From Neophaeotheca triangularis (Eukaryota): 64,000 nt of DNA. The position numbers and the translations under genes were made by a program. The stretch spans positions 1-64,000 of the forward strand of contig BAAIJX010000042.1 of NCBI GenBank assembly GCA_054600435.1, read 5' to 3'. Of this stretch, positions 35,645 through 47,407 are shown piece by piece; the stretch's first letter is position 1, and every line of letters begins with the position of its first letter. The notes under the pieces are model-generated. The model saw only the letters and a program-made list of their open reading frames with translations, was not told the origin of the DNA and did not search any database.

Positions 35645-37550
35645 GGGCATGCTTGACGTTGTACGAAGTTCTCATTCTCCCATTTAAAAGTCTTTTGTAA
35701 AATCATACAACGGCGGCGTTTGCATGGATATTATACCGGAAGGGGATGTATACGAAGGAAAAGCTCGCTGGGATTGGGAGAAAGAAGCTCTGGGGCTCGG
35801 GGTCAAGCCCATATAGAATACAAGGCTGGTATTACATGCGATGGTTTGGTAGTCATGATTCGCCGGATGTCCATCAATTGAACTTACGGTTTACGGCTTT
35901 ACTGCGACTGCTCGCGGATAATGGTGGGACCGGGCTTCAATCTTTCAAGGGTGCAGCACTTGCAGTGTCTTCACCAATAATGTAAGTACTGGAGGTAAGT
36001 CGGCAACAGCCTACTCTCTCTTCCTTTCCTGAGGAAGAATATGCATCGATCAGTAATCGAGTTTGTCTCCTAAATAGAAGACAAACGCGTAGCTCGTCCA
36101 CGCTCGTTCGACCATCATCTGCGTCGATCGGCGGTTGCTACACAGCCTCTTCAGGAACCTCGATTGGAAACTCCTACATCCCATGATTTCACTTCGATCT
36201 TCCTCATCGGTGTATAAGGCCAAAAGCAAATAGTCATCACAAGACAACTCTACGCCCTAGTGCCTAAGCCCCTATACATTGTCCAGCATGCACACAGAGC
36301 TCCGAACAAGAAAGCCCAATCAACGGCGCCTAACTACAGAGCACGAGATGCCACGATCCATTGGATACCTCCAGACGAAGACCTGACGCGCCTACATGAC
36401 GGAGCGTCGCTCCCGCTCACCCTTCAGAATGCTACAGTCCCTCCCGCCAGCTCACCAAACCACTCGCGATCGCAGAGATGACTCCACTGCAACCAACCCC
36501 AAGACAAGCCTGGCTTTGCGTGCTACGTTCCTTTCGCAGCGCCAACTACGAAATAGCGAGCTAACCTCAGAGCTGCCGCAGTACCCAGCCCAGCGATTTT
36601 GGAAAACAGCAAGGAAGCGGATGACGGAGACGAGCAAGAAGCAGCTGAGAAAGCAAGCGTTGCGGCAGGAAAAGAAGTGGCTGAAATGAGAGGCTGCGGG
36701 CATCAGGGCACTGCTTTCTCAACTCCGGTACGATGGTTGGCAGGGCGGGTATTATTTGCTCGGCTTGGGTGGGCACGGCGTGGTGGGCGCGTGGCTTCGG
36801 CATGATGGCCACGACACTGTTGTTATGGATCGGCTTGTGGGTCAAGGAACTGCGATTTGTCTGAGCAGTGGGAGAAGGATGATGTCTGATATGGTGATCG
36901 GAGGAGCAATGTCTCTACAGAGCTTAAGGCGATGCAGCTGCTCTGGAAGGATCCGGTGACGAATAATCAGGACAGGAGGCCGTTTGTGCAAATGCGCGGT
37001 TTCACGGACGTGAATGAGGCTGCGCGTCTGCAGCGACCCTTCACCGCGTACTGTCAGCATGACGAGCTTAGGGCTCTGTTTGAACGATACTGTGATCATA
37101 ACCATTGCGAATTTCCAAGCAGCAGAGGGACCCGGAGCCTTTGCGCCTCCACTTCAATTCCTACCCGAACCCTTCCGCTGGCACGTCTTCGTGCCACATT
37201 GTCAAGGGTTACCTGTCTAGTGGCACGTCGAACCCTTACCAATATGATGGTCATGTTATACCACCTGGTACAGAAGTCGAGAATCCACCTGCGGTGGCCA
37301 CTGATCGGCGCCGGATGAGGGCTTTTGATACCTGAGGGAGGACCAAAGCACGTTCTAAGGCGGCTCAAACGGCTTTCACGATGCTAGTTCTCATGACACA
37401 ATTCCGGCGTTTTCGTTGAATGTATGAAGGACATGTAGTCGAAGAACCGCGCTAGCTGCATTGGGAGACCGGGCGGAACTTCGGCAGAATACACAGTGAG
37501 ATGAACATTTTCAGCAGAGCAAGTGCTTTTTTTCCTGTACCATCGCAATC

Positions 37551-38582
37551 ATGGAAATCGCTCTCAAGGACTTCACGGCTGCCGTTGAGACGGCGACACA
37601 GGGTCTACCGGATAATCAATCTCTACTTCCACCGAAGGATGGCATTACACTCTTGGACGCAAAAAATGAGATCTTCTTGGCATACCTACAGGCGCTGGCT
37701 TTGCGCAATCTGAGCGTGATCCGCAGCGTCAGGGAAGGCAATGATGCTGCAGATGCGCAGAAATTGAACGAGAAGATTACGAAGAAGCTCGTCGAGCACC
37801 GTGTCTACCTGGAGAGAGGCGTCAAGCCTTTGGAGCAACGGATCAAGTACCAGGTGGACAAGGTTGTCAAGGCTGCCGATGATGAGGAGCGGCAAGCGGA
37901 ACAAAAAGCACGTCAAGCTGCTCAGGCGAACGGCAAGGCTGCGAATGGTGCCGACGTGGAGGAGGGTGACGACAGTGACGCTTCCGCAGTGGATGAGCTG
38001 GCCTACCGACCAAACACTGCTTCCATGCTGCAGTCTGGCGCAGATAACCAGGAGACGGACCGCAAATCTAAGATGAAGGAGGATGGTGTCTACCGACCGC
38101 CTCGTATTGCAGCAGCAGCCATGCCGTCCGCGGATCGTCGTGAACGCTCCGAACGCAAACCCGCGCGCTCGTCCACGCTGGACGAGTACGTCAACAACGA
38201 ACTTTCTGCCGCACCTGTTGCGCAGCCTAGTATTGGCAGTACCATCACCGCTGGAGGAAGGCGTGACAAGAGCGACAAGCAACGTCGTGAGGAGAAGGAG
38301 AGGCAGGAGTACGAAGAGACGAATTTGGTACGCCTGCCCGAAGCGGGCAAGAAGGACAAGAACAAGCGGGGCGATAAGGATAGGGGGAGTGGGTTTGGTG
38401 GCGAGGAATGGAGAGGGTTGGATCAGAGTCTGGACAGGATAGGAAGTCTTACGAAGAAGAAAAGCAAAGACAGCGCGCTGGACAAGAGCCGGAAGCGTAA
38501 GTTGGTGGAGGATGGGCAACGAAACGATGGCACTGCTTTCGATATCCAGAAGCAGCGCATGCTGAAGAAGAGTAGACGTTGA
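37551..38582 (+). CDS. LCP5: U3 snoRNP/SSU processome protein Lcp5 (Sas10/Utp3/C1D family, neuroguidin-like)
   Basis: DGITLLDAKNEIFLAYL, LVEHRVYLERGVKPLEQRIKYQVDK, DELAYRPN, GVYRPPRI, YEETNLVRL. Confidence 0.9.
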   Translation: MEIALKDFTAAVETATQGLPDNQSLLPPKDGITLLDAKNEIFLAYLQALALRNLSVIRSVREGNDAADAQKLNEKITKKLVEHRVYLERGVKPLEQRIKYQVDKVVKAADDEERQAEQKARQAAQANGKAANGADVEEGDDSDASAVDELAYRPNTASMLQSGADNQETDRKSKMKEDGVYRPPRIAAAAMPSADRRERSERKPARSSTLDEYVNNELSAAPVAQPSIGSTITAGGRRDKSDKQRREEKERQEYEETNLVRLPEAGKKDKNKRGDKDRGSGFGGEEWRGLDQSLDRIGSLTKKKSKDSALDKSRKRKLVEDGQRNDGTAFDIQKQRMLKKSRR

Positions 38583-38598
38583 GCAGTCCTTCTCTACA

Positions 38599-39559
38599 TT
38601 ACTTTGTCTTGCTAGCCTCCTTCGCTTCTACAATACTCTTCAGCTCGTCCAGCTTTGCATACCTGCCCAACAACCACATTATCACCGAACGCGGTGTCAA
38701 CCAAGACATCCAGTACATCAAAGAAGCCCGATACCCCCTGCGAATAATAGACGGTGGGTGGGGAAGGAGTAGATCCGAAACAACTCGCCTTGCCCATTCG
38801 CTCCTTTCTGTAGGACCCTTTTGTTCCCGCACGGTGCCTCGCATCATGCCTTCTGCGTGGGCTTTGATAGGCGAATAGAGCGAGCTCTCCTGAACTCTCG
38901 CGCCCATATCGCTAGCCGTCTGCCAGAAACCAGTCTGGACATCACCGATCACCATAGTCACAACCTGCAAAAGTCAGCTTCTCAATTCTACAGCCCCCGG
39001 CCGAAGGCACCGGCCAACACACCTTGACCCCGAACGGCGCCATCTCGGACTCCATCACCTCCCCCAAATCAACAACACAAGCCTTACTAGCGCCATAGAC
39101 ACCAATAAACGCCTGGCTCACACTCGGCAATCCAGTAATACTCGCCTGGTCTGCAATCACCCCTTTCGCGGCCCTCACCAGCGGGAAAAAAACCTGCGAA
39201 ACTTCGAGCAACCCAAAGACATTAACGTCAAACTGCCTTTTCACGAGCGCAATCTCCGCATCCAGCAGCGGCGTCATGTACCCATACCCGGCATTGTTGA
39301 CCAAGTAATCCAGACGGCCGTTGGTGATTCGGGACGTTTGTTCCGCCGCTAGACGAATGGAAGTGCTGCATGTCACGTCTAGTTCGAGGCAGTGCAGCTG
39401 TTTCTGCTCGGCGACCTGGAGGTATGCGAGCAGGGAGAGCTCTTTTGCCGTGGCGATTACGTTGATCCTGCTGGCGAGGAAGGCTTCGCACAAGGCGTCC
39501 CCCAGACCGCCTTGGGAGACGCCGGTTATTAGCGCCCATTTGGGTTGTTGCGATGCCAT
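38599..39559 (-). CDS. Short-chain dehydrogenase/reductase, Ayr1-like (acyl-DHAP reductase family); intron 38965-39022
   Basis: ALITGVSQGGLG, LELDVT, LDYLVNNAG, FDVNVFG, catalytic YGASK, EMAPFGVK|VVT. Confidence 0.88.
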
Positions 39560-39885
39560 GGGCACGGCTTGAGGACTATTAATCAGGTTGGTTTGCGCAG
39601 CTCTGAAGGAGTCGGGTTCAGAGAATGGGGAACTTCACAGACTGTCTGGTTTTGTTGACGGCGGAGCTCGTTCAGGGAGTTAGGTCTTTGGTCGAGGAGG
39701 GGCGTTGGGCTTCGTGCTAGGCTACATGGTAGGCGGTCAGCTTACGGTACACTCCTGATTTTCAACCATTTGATGAATAGCTGCTCCTTCTTAACCGTTT
39801 ACATCCAGTGTCGGGTTCTCGGCGGATGCTTGGACTGGTTGGCTGGCCTATTTCACTTGGCAATACTTTAAAAAGTTGACCGAGG

Positions 39886-39904
39886 AAAAAAAAAAATCAA
39901 AAAA
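39886..39904 (-). terminator. Oligo-dT Pol III terminator of the minus-strand 5S gene
   Basis: T-runs (A7 and A11 on +) immediately 3' of the 5S gene. Confidence 0.75.
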
Positions 39905-40023
39905 ACATACAACAGGTGGGATTCCCACGTGGTCACCCACCGTAGTACTAGTCACCCGCTTCAGTGCTTGAATATGGCAGAGCGGACGGGATGCCTTAGA
40001 TTCACTGAGCTATGGTCGTACGT
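39905..40023 (-). rRNA. 5S rRNA gene (dispersed copy)
   Basis: 119 nt, ACGTACGACCATA...ATCCCGTCCGCTC...ACTAGTACTACGGTGGGTGACCACGTGGGAATCC...TGTTGTATGT. The terminal helix pairs, a T-run follows, and a TATATA element sits about 25-30 bp upstream. Confidence 0.95.
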
Positions 40024-40412
40024 GAATACCAGTCTTACTTGAATGTATATAACTGCTATTTTGGAGCCTTTGCTACGAGACGGCCGCCGCGAGAGCCAAT
40101 TCGATGGAATTTCTTGAAATCACAAGAAGCTAGGAGGTATAGTTCTAGGGTAACAAGTCTGCGATCGATCCAGGATACCTACTAGAATTGCCCGCGTCAA
40201 AGGACGTATGCTTTTGTGTGTCGAGATGTAAGGAGCCTTTATAAGACTTAAGAAAGCTACCAAGTTAAAGTTATAGTTAAGTTAGCAGGCTGACGAATGG
40301 TGATTACATAAGTTAAGCGAGATTCAACCTGGAAGTCATGTCTCGGTTCTCTACTTCGACGTGTCGATCTCTAGATCAAAAAAATATTATAAAAAAAACG
40401 CAGCGAGTTGTT

Positions 40413-40531
40413 ACATACGACCACAGCTCAGTGAATCTAAGGCATCCCGTCCGCTCTGCCATATTCAAGCACTGAAGCGGGTGACTAGTACTACGGTGGG
40501 TGACCACGTGGGAATCCCACCTGTTGTATGT
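40413..40531 (+). rRNA. 5S rRNA gene (dispersed copy)
   Basis: 119 nt, ACATACGACCACAG...TGTTGTATGT; 117/119 identical to the minus-strand copy. TATAAA element upstream, T-run downstream. Confidence 0.95.
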
Positions 40532-40550
40532 TTTTTTTTTGATATTTTTT
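40532..40550 (+). terminator. Oligo-dT Pol III terminator of the plus-strand 5S gene
   Basis: T10 run followed by GATATTTTTT. Confidence 0.75.
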
Positions 40551-41111
40551 CCGCCTGGCTCGCTGGAGCTCGCTTTTTTCCGCTCCTGGAGAATGCAAGC
40601 GTGGAGCTTTCGTGCCCTAAAGGCGCGGCAAATTCGGCTGTCGCGCGTGCGCTCAGCGAAGGTTAGAGTGTAGCAAGGGAATGTTGAATGTCGAGATTAA
40701 AGACGATGGTTGCTCGTCCAAATGAATTTACAAACTCGAGTGCTACGGATGGTCCACAGGGAGAATATGTTTCGTGGGCCGGTCAAATTGGAAAACACGA
40801 GGTGTACCGTGTAGACTACATGGGCAGTGAGAAAGGTCGATACTACCCAGGCGTTTCCAGCAGCGTAGAATCGGATCAGCATCTCAAACTCTGACCCTCG
40901 GCGTTCCATTTATCCTCAATGCACATGTACAATGTCGCGAGACTGTTGTGGCAATTGATGTGTTCAACACAGGAGTAGTGTTCATTGAATCGTTAGATCG
41001 ATAACAGGTCGACTCCAGAGCCCACCGCAACTCCAACGCCATGAAGAGATAGCAACCCTCCCGTTCGTAATCCCATGAACCCTCCCAAAACGCCCTTCAC
41101 AGCCTAGGTCC

Positions 41112-44100
41112 TCACGTTTCAACACCCGCACTCCACTTCGACTGCAAGTAATTTACAATCCTCTTCACCATCTCCGCATCAATTATCCCCGCCGCATCCA
41201 ACGAAGGCGACACCTGCCTAGTTTTCTCGGTAGCCCACTTCAGCCCCACGTTGGAAACCGGCTCTTTATCATACTTGCCCGCGAAGAAATCCACAAGCTT
41301 GATGGAAGGGTTGACAGCCGGGTCCGGGTTAGAAGCCCGCAGTTTCTGAACCCACTGCCGCTGGTCGACGGCTTCGAACTCGAGCCCCGCTTGCTTGAGC
41401 AACGGCAGCAAGTCCCTAGTCCAGTGGAAGGAGCCGTGGTTGACGATGTTCATGACGCCTGTTGCGGCGGGCGAGAGGGCGATTTCGTTGCACGCGTTCG
41501 CTACGAGATCGACGGGGAGCCAGGAGGGGGTTTCGTCGAGAGCGGGCAGGACGCCGGTCGAGGTCGCGGATTGGAAAATTAGTGGGATGGCTTCGGTTTC
41601 GTTCCATACGCCGTGCTGGCTGTCGCCGATGATTTGACCGACGCGCAGGACGCGGGTTGTCATGGTGGTTTGTTGCGCTGCGTGGGCGCAGAGGTGCTCG
41701 GCGACGAGCTTGGATTGCGCGTAGCCCATGCTTTGGGCGTAGCTGAGGTCGGCGGGGAGGGCTTCGGGGACTCGGCCGCCCGGGGTGCGGACTGTGGCGC
41801 TTACGGAGGAGCAGAAGTTGAGGTTGGCGGGCTCGGGGCGTTTGGCGGAGAGGCAGAGGTTGGCGAGGTTGGTGATGCCGGCGATGTTGTCGGCTTCGAA
41901 AGATTCCAGGTTCTTGTTGAAATTGACCGACCAGGCCAGGTGGAGGACGTGGGTGAGGTCGCAGGCAATTTGCTCGTATTGCGCGGGCTGCAGGCCCAGT
42001 TGCTTGTCGCCGAAGCTGGAAGGGAAAGCGTGAATTTTGGCTAGTGCGGTAGGGGCGAGGCTGGAGAGGATGCGGCGTTCTTGTAGGGAAAGGCGGACTC
42101 GAGTGTTGGCTTGTTCGACGCTGGAAGCGCGCACGAGACAGTAGATGCGGCGGACGTTGTACTGCGAGGCTAACTTGGCCACTGCGTGAGCACCCAGCGA
42201 GCCTGTAGCTCCGGTCACGGCAATGTAGACGCCGTCAGCCGGTCGGTCAATAGGTTGGTGCTGCAAGAAGACGGAGTGCTTGTTGATCATGGCTTCCATC
42301 CGTTGCTCAACGCTGAGCTTGTCCTTCTTCTCGCCTCCAGATTGTATCCTCAGAATCTCGTCGGCCATCTCGCCTAGAGTGGGAAAGTCAAAGATGAAGT
42401 TCCTACCAATTTGCTTAACGTCGACTTTCAGGTTCTTGATGATGGAACCCCGGGCTTGAATCGCTTGCAATGAATCGACTCCCAGGCTGAAAAGGTCGGT
42501 GGTCTCGGGAAGTTGGCCATCAGAGGCAAGCTTATCGACGAACAACTTACGGAGGAAGTCGACAAGTTCCTCCCGAGCCAATACCTGAGAGCCAGACTGT
42601 TCATCCGCATACAAGGCATCGATTGGTTTGGCGAAGTCCCGGTAGAAAGCAGCTCGGATGACGGTTCCCTTGTCGGTTCGTCGGTAGTCGATATCCCTCG
42701 AGAGGACCTTGATCATGTCTCTCGACAGCTGGGCGTACGAGGGTGCCGATCTGTTTGCTTCTTCGACCGACGGCATAACCTCGTCGAGGAGCTCGCTGTC
42801 TGCCAACAGGGAGGTTTCTGATGGGATGATGAAAGCACCAAGACGGGGTTTGTTGGCACCGAAAACCACAGCTTCGCCGACGTGCTCGTTTTGACGCAGA
42901 ACTCCTTCCGCTGTAAGAGGGTTCGCCTTTTCGCCATTCTCGAGAACAATGGTGTCGTCCAAACGAGCGTAATACCGCCATGCATCGGGAATAGTCGGGT
43001 GGGGTTCGAAGAGATCCTTGGTCGCATAGCTACCATCGTCACGGTTGGTTGCAACCTTCGAAGGCCAGCCTTCTGTGATGCACAACTCGTAGAGATTGGG
43101 CCCTTGGAGCTCCATGCGGAGGAAAGGCTTCAGATTGTCTCCAACTCGCAGCCAGTCCCATCCCTTGTCTGCTGGATGGTCGCGAAAAGAGGTCATGAGC
43201 TGTCCCAGCTCAGTGGCTCCGTAATGACCGACGAGGTTGACACCGTTCTCGACCAGCCTATCGCCGATCGGCTTGGGGCAAGCTGAACCGCCGAACATGA
43301 CAATGTCGAGACGGCTCAATAGTTGGATTCCCTCGCCCGTTTCGCTTAGCAGCTTCAAGGCGTAGGGCACTGCGTAGAGGATCTTGATCTCCTGGTGCTC
43401 TTTCAGCGTGGCGAGCAAGTGAGAGCTCGTCAGTGGCAAGCTTGCGCTGTAGATGTAAATCTTCTTCCTCGCCCAAATTGCACGGAAGAGACAGCAGATG
43501 CCATGGTTGTGGTAGAGTGGAAGGGTGATGTGGCCGACACGGCCGAAATTTTGCGAGTAGGCATACAAAGACGCCTTGTGTGTCTGAAAGATGGGTTTGG
43601 GGAGTCCAGTGGAGCCGCTGGAATGGATGATGAATGAGATGGTGTGGGATTCTCGATTAGGGTCCAAAGATGCTCGTGGGAGCGAGGCATTGGCGGACGG
43701 CAAAGTCGAGACATCGCAGATAGGGATGACCTTGAGTGACGGCAGCAATGCCGTCAGCGCTTGGGCTGTCTTCTCGAATGAAGGATGGTACAGCAAGGTC
43801 GTGGCCTTGGTGGTGGTGAGCAGCGACTTGTGAGCCTCGTCGGTGATCCTTGTTGAGAGCAAGAGATTTGAATGACCCAATCGAGAAACAGCCAGGAAGG
43901 AGACCAGGTAGCTAAAGTCAGAAGGCCCTAGCAATGCAACGACTTCAACGGGGTCGTCTGACTGTCGTCTTTGCGGTATCGTCGAGGCGTAGTGCAAAGC
44001 GCTTTTCTCGACGATTCGGTCAAGCTGCTGAGGGCTGTAGTCGACATAGTCGGTGGCGCGTTCCGGGTAGGCGACGATTGGTTCGTCGTTTCCAAGTTGG

Positions 44101-44321
44101 CGGGCACGAAGCCTGATCAGCTCGTCGACAGTACGAGGGACTGCATTCTCAAGGCTTTCTCTCTCCGGTGATACACTCTCGACAAGCGTCACACTGGTTT
44201 CCTTTGCCTTCAAGGCTTCGAGGGCATCGCCCCTAGGTAGCATGGATGTCATGTTGGATTCGGAAGGGTTGGATGGGGAGGGCGCTGAAGCAGCTAGGGC
44301 GTTGCTTGTGTCTTGCGCCAT
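41112..44321 (-). CDS. NRPS-like A-T-R enzyme (carboxylic acid reductase type), 1069 aa, intronless
   Basis: A domain HSSGSTGLPKP, YGATELG, YATKDLFEPHP, ENGEK; T domain DLFSLGVDSLQA (phosphopantetheine Ser); R domain VTGATGSLG, FCSS, GYAQSK, LRVGQIIGD. Confidence 0.95.
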   Translation of the reverse strand: MAQDTSNALAASAPSPSNPSESNMTSMLPRGDALEALKAKETSVTLVESVSPERESLENAVPRTVDELIRLRARQLGNDEPIVAYPERATDYVDYSPQQLDRIVEKSALHYASTIPQRRQSDDPVEVVALLGPSDFSYLVSFLAVSRLGHSNLLLSTRITDEAHKSLLTTTKATTLLYHPSFEKTAQALTALLPSLKVIPICDVSTLPSANASLPRASLDPNRESHTISFIIHSSGSTGLPKPIFQTHKASLYAYSQNFGRVGHITLPLYHNHGICCLFRAIWARKKIYIYSASLPLTSSHLLATLKEHQEIKILYAVPYALKLLSETGEGIQLLSRLDIVMFGGSACPKPIGDRLVENGVNLVGHYGATELGQLMTSFRDHPADKGWDWLRVGDNLKPFLRMELQGPNLYELCITEGWPSKVATNRDDGSYATKDLFEPHPTIPDAWRYYARLDDTIVLENGEKANPLTAEGVLRQNEHVGEAVVFGANKPRLGAFIIPSETSLLADSELLDEVMPSVEEANRSAPSYAQLSRDMIKVLSRDIDYRRTDKGTVIRAAFYRDFAKPIDALYADEQSGSQVLAREELVDFLRKLFVDKLASDGQLPETTDLFSLGVDSLQAIQARGSIIKNLKVDVKQIGRNFIFDFPTLGEMADEILRIQSGGEKKDKLSVEQRMEAMINKHSVFLQHQPIDRPADGVYIAVTGATGSLGAHAVAKLASQYNVRRIYCLVRASSVEQANTRVRLSLQERRILSSLAPTALAKIHAFPSSFGDKQLGLQPAQYEQIACDLTHVLHLAWSVNFNKNLESFEADNIAGITNLANLCLSAKRPEPANLNFCSSVSATVRTPGGRVPEALPADLSYAQSMGYAQSKLVAEHLCAHAAQQTTMTTRVLRVGQIIGDSQHGVWNETEAIPLIFQSATSTGVLPALDETPSWLPVDLVANACNEIALSPAATGVMNIVNHGSFHWTRDLLPLLKQAGLEFEAVDQRQWVQKLRASNPDPAVNPSIKLVDFFAGKYDKEPVSNVGLKWATEKTRQVSPSLDAAGIIDAEMVKRIVNYLQSKWSAGVET

Positions 44322-45477
44322 GGTATATATATATGTACAAACTAATGGACAATGGCATGAGGCGAAGAATCGTTCCGTCGGTTACGGGACAAGAGTTTGC
44401 GTAGTAACCGTAGCGTAGTGCGAAAGGAGTAGGATCAACCCCATGGGGAGCCATGGGTCTGCCCACAGTGTATCTGTCGACGGACCAATGGGTACCTGTG
44501 GATGGTTGTCTCCGTTTCCACATCCGGCTCCCTCGCCTAGTCGCCACTTCGCTAGAGACGAAGTCGGGAGTGATGTGGGGAAAGCGGATGTGCGGAAGCC
44601 GTCGGAAGTTGATGCTACCAAATCTTCCGCTCACCGAACCCATGCCCGATGGCTTCCTCCGAGTTCGACCTCTTCAAGTCCTAATCCCATCATCGACCAG
44701 CCTGTTCACGTGGTCATCGGAAGAAGTACTCCCGCCGCCATCCAACTAGCTGCTTACATTCCCTCGTCAACAGCCTGCCTTAGACGCCCACCACTCCTAG
44801 GCTTCCGATTCTTCCAGCAATGGGCCTACGTTACCAAACGGCACGACATCTTCGAGACCAGATCTCCCCAGAGGTCTGATGACGCCCGTAACGAGCTGAC
44901 AGACCGTGTCAGAGTCGCCGCGACCACTACAAGAGCCTCATGAACGCGGCGATCGGATTCCACTTATCCTCGTTCAGCCTTTGGTACGGTAGATTTAGCT
45001 CATCACGGAGCTTCTGCTCACTGCCAGCCGGACGTCAACTCGACCGACGCGCGTTGCGGTGGCGGAATCAGTCGTATACGCCTCGCAAACGTCCTTCGTG
45101 GGCCGGAGCTGGGAATAGTCACAACTATCTGGGTGAGAACGCTATTAGGGAACGAATTCTGCTCTGAGCTGGGAGGCAAAGACTCAGAAGTGCTCTAAGC
45201 TTCTTGATGTGTCGCAGGCAATGGTGATTCTAAAATACACCCAAGCGCTTTGTCGCATCTCGACACAAAACAATACGAGAAGCACTGGCAGAAGTGGTTC
45301 CGATCCCGATCAACGTGCACAAAGCGTTGCAGGTAGAAGTTAAGAGCTACGATATTCGAAATCTCGACTGACATGAAGAAGTATACGATAACCGTCAAGC
45401 GATAATAGCATTGAAAAAGGGCGTTCACCAACCCGATGAAGAACACTCGTATGTACGTCTCGACAGCGAAAGCCCGT

Positions 45478-47407
45478 CTACTTGTTGGCAACCTCAATCT
45501 CGGTCGCGTTGCCCTTCTCGCCGATGCGGCCGACTTCTTCATCCGACATGGATTTGGCATTGCGAGTCTCCGTGACACCGAACAATTCGTCCATCTTCTC
45601 ACTATTGGCGAGTCATTAGCTGACGGTAAATCTTTGGGGTTTGGGGCTTGGACGTACAGGTGAAGACCCTTGGTCTCTGGCACCAAGAACCAGGTGAAGA
45701 TGAAAGTGCTGAAGCAGACGACGGAGAAGAAGATGAACTGGCCGAGTTGTTAGTGGATCTTTTTCGTGCGCGAGAAACGGGAATTCTGATCACTTACGGT
45801 GCCGTAGCCACCCTCTCCCATGCTCTCCAACATGTTGGGGACGGAGCGAGCGATGACCAGGTTGAAGAGCCACTGAGTAGAGGCACCAAGAGAGACGTTG
45901 AGGCCGCGAAGACGAGCAGTCGGAATTTCGGAGATGTAAATCCAGCAGACCGGGCCCCAGCCGAATTGGAAGAAGGAAGCGAACAAGTAGATGCAAACAA
46001 GAGCGAAGTAGCCTGCTGGCGGCACGTCGTCGCCGGGCTGAGGTTGGTCGATACGGACGTAGATACCGACGTAGAGCATAGAGAGAGCCATTGCGATGGA
46101 TGTCCAGAGGAGAGACCTACGACGGCCAAGGGAGTCTGCCGCGAAAAGCAGGAAAATCATGCAGGCGACGACCTTAACAACGCCATAGATACCAGTTGCA
46201 AAGAGGGCGTTGGAAGTGCCGGTAAGACCAAGGTTGTCGAAGATTTGCGGAGCGTAGTAGTTGATCGCGTTCGTTCCGGTCATCTGCTGGCATACCATTA
46301 GACCGATGGTGATCAAGGCGCGCTTTCGGTTGCCGGGAATCGTCCACATCTCGCGCATCAAATCTTTGAAACCAGCGTCACCGATGAGGCTACGTTCGTG
46401 CTCGAGTTGATCCTGGATTTCTTGGATCTCGCCGGCGACGTAAGGGTGGCTGGCAGGAAGGTTTCGGACCGTAGCCAGGATGCGAGTGGCTTCTTCCCAG
46501 CGGTCCTTGCGGGCGAGCCACCTTGGGGATTCGTTGCAGAACCACATTGCGCCGAGGAGCATTACGGCAGGCAGAGATTGGACAACGAGAGGGACAATGT
46601 AAGTTGTGTCGCCGGTAAGGTGTCGTTCGCTGCCAAAGTTGACCCAGAAAGCAAGCTAATAAAGTTAGCAACACTATTCAAACCCTGGTTACGGAAGCAA
46701 GTAACTTACCATGATTCCAAAGACGATAAACAATTGGTAGATACCAGTCAAACCACCGCGAATGGCGCGTGGAGCGTTCTCGGAAATGTAAAGAGGGGTG
46801 ACCATGGAACCAGCACCGACACCAAGACCGGCAATGAAGCGACCAATGTACATGACGGAGAGATGCCCTTCGGCGGCGGCCTGCATGACGGCACCTAGGA
46901 TAGCCAGCCAGGCGGCAAAGAGAAGGGCCCTGCGACGACCCATCTTGTCGGCGAGGATGCCTGCGGCGAGAGCACCGGCAAAACAGCCGCATTGAAGCTA
47001 ACGCTCGTCAATGGTCTGCCACTGTGTGTGTGTGGGCGAAGTCGAGCAGAGACTTACCGTGGTCACGATGTTTGCCTGGAGATCAGCCCGAGCGTTGCCC
47101 TCAAGTTCTGCAATGCCATAGGACCTGAGGATTTGTCTATTAGGAGATGCTCTCGAGAATTACGCATCAAAGAGTGCTTACTCTTGGAAGGAATCGAGTG
47201 TCAAGACTCCTCCGATAATTCCAGTGTCGATACCTGCGGTGTGTTAGCCGACCGTAGCGTACGTGCTGCTGTTCCAGCACCAGACGTACCAAAGTTGAGG
47301 CCACCAAAGCAGGCCGAACAGGCAAGCACGTATACCCTCCATCCGTAGATTTCTGGTGGATCCTGCTTCATGGCATCGTTCTTTACGATCTTCTCTAATA
47401 GACCCAT
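45478..47407 (-). CDS. MFS sugar-porter family transporter, quinate permease-like; 6 introns (47234-47289, 47125-47181, 46998-47057, 46656-46709, 45738-45797, 45602-45657)
   Basis: [79 protein letters not shown]. All introns are GT-AG and restore the frame. Confidence 0.92.

Noticed and set aside
36260..37340. Cluster of short coding-like ORFs between the Pth11-like gene and LCP5
   Set aside because: Could be a decayed gene, but I could not assemble a consistent model or recognise a domain with confidence.
37551..40531. LCP5 lying near the 5S genes as a ribosome-biogenesis cluster
   Set aside because: Lcp5 acts on the small subunit and 5S genes are widely dispersed; likely coincidence.
40688..40894. 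68-aa ORF downstream of the 5S pair
   Set aside because: Short, with no recognisable motif or supporting exons.
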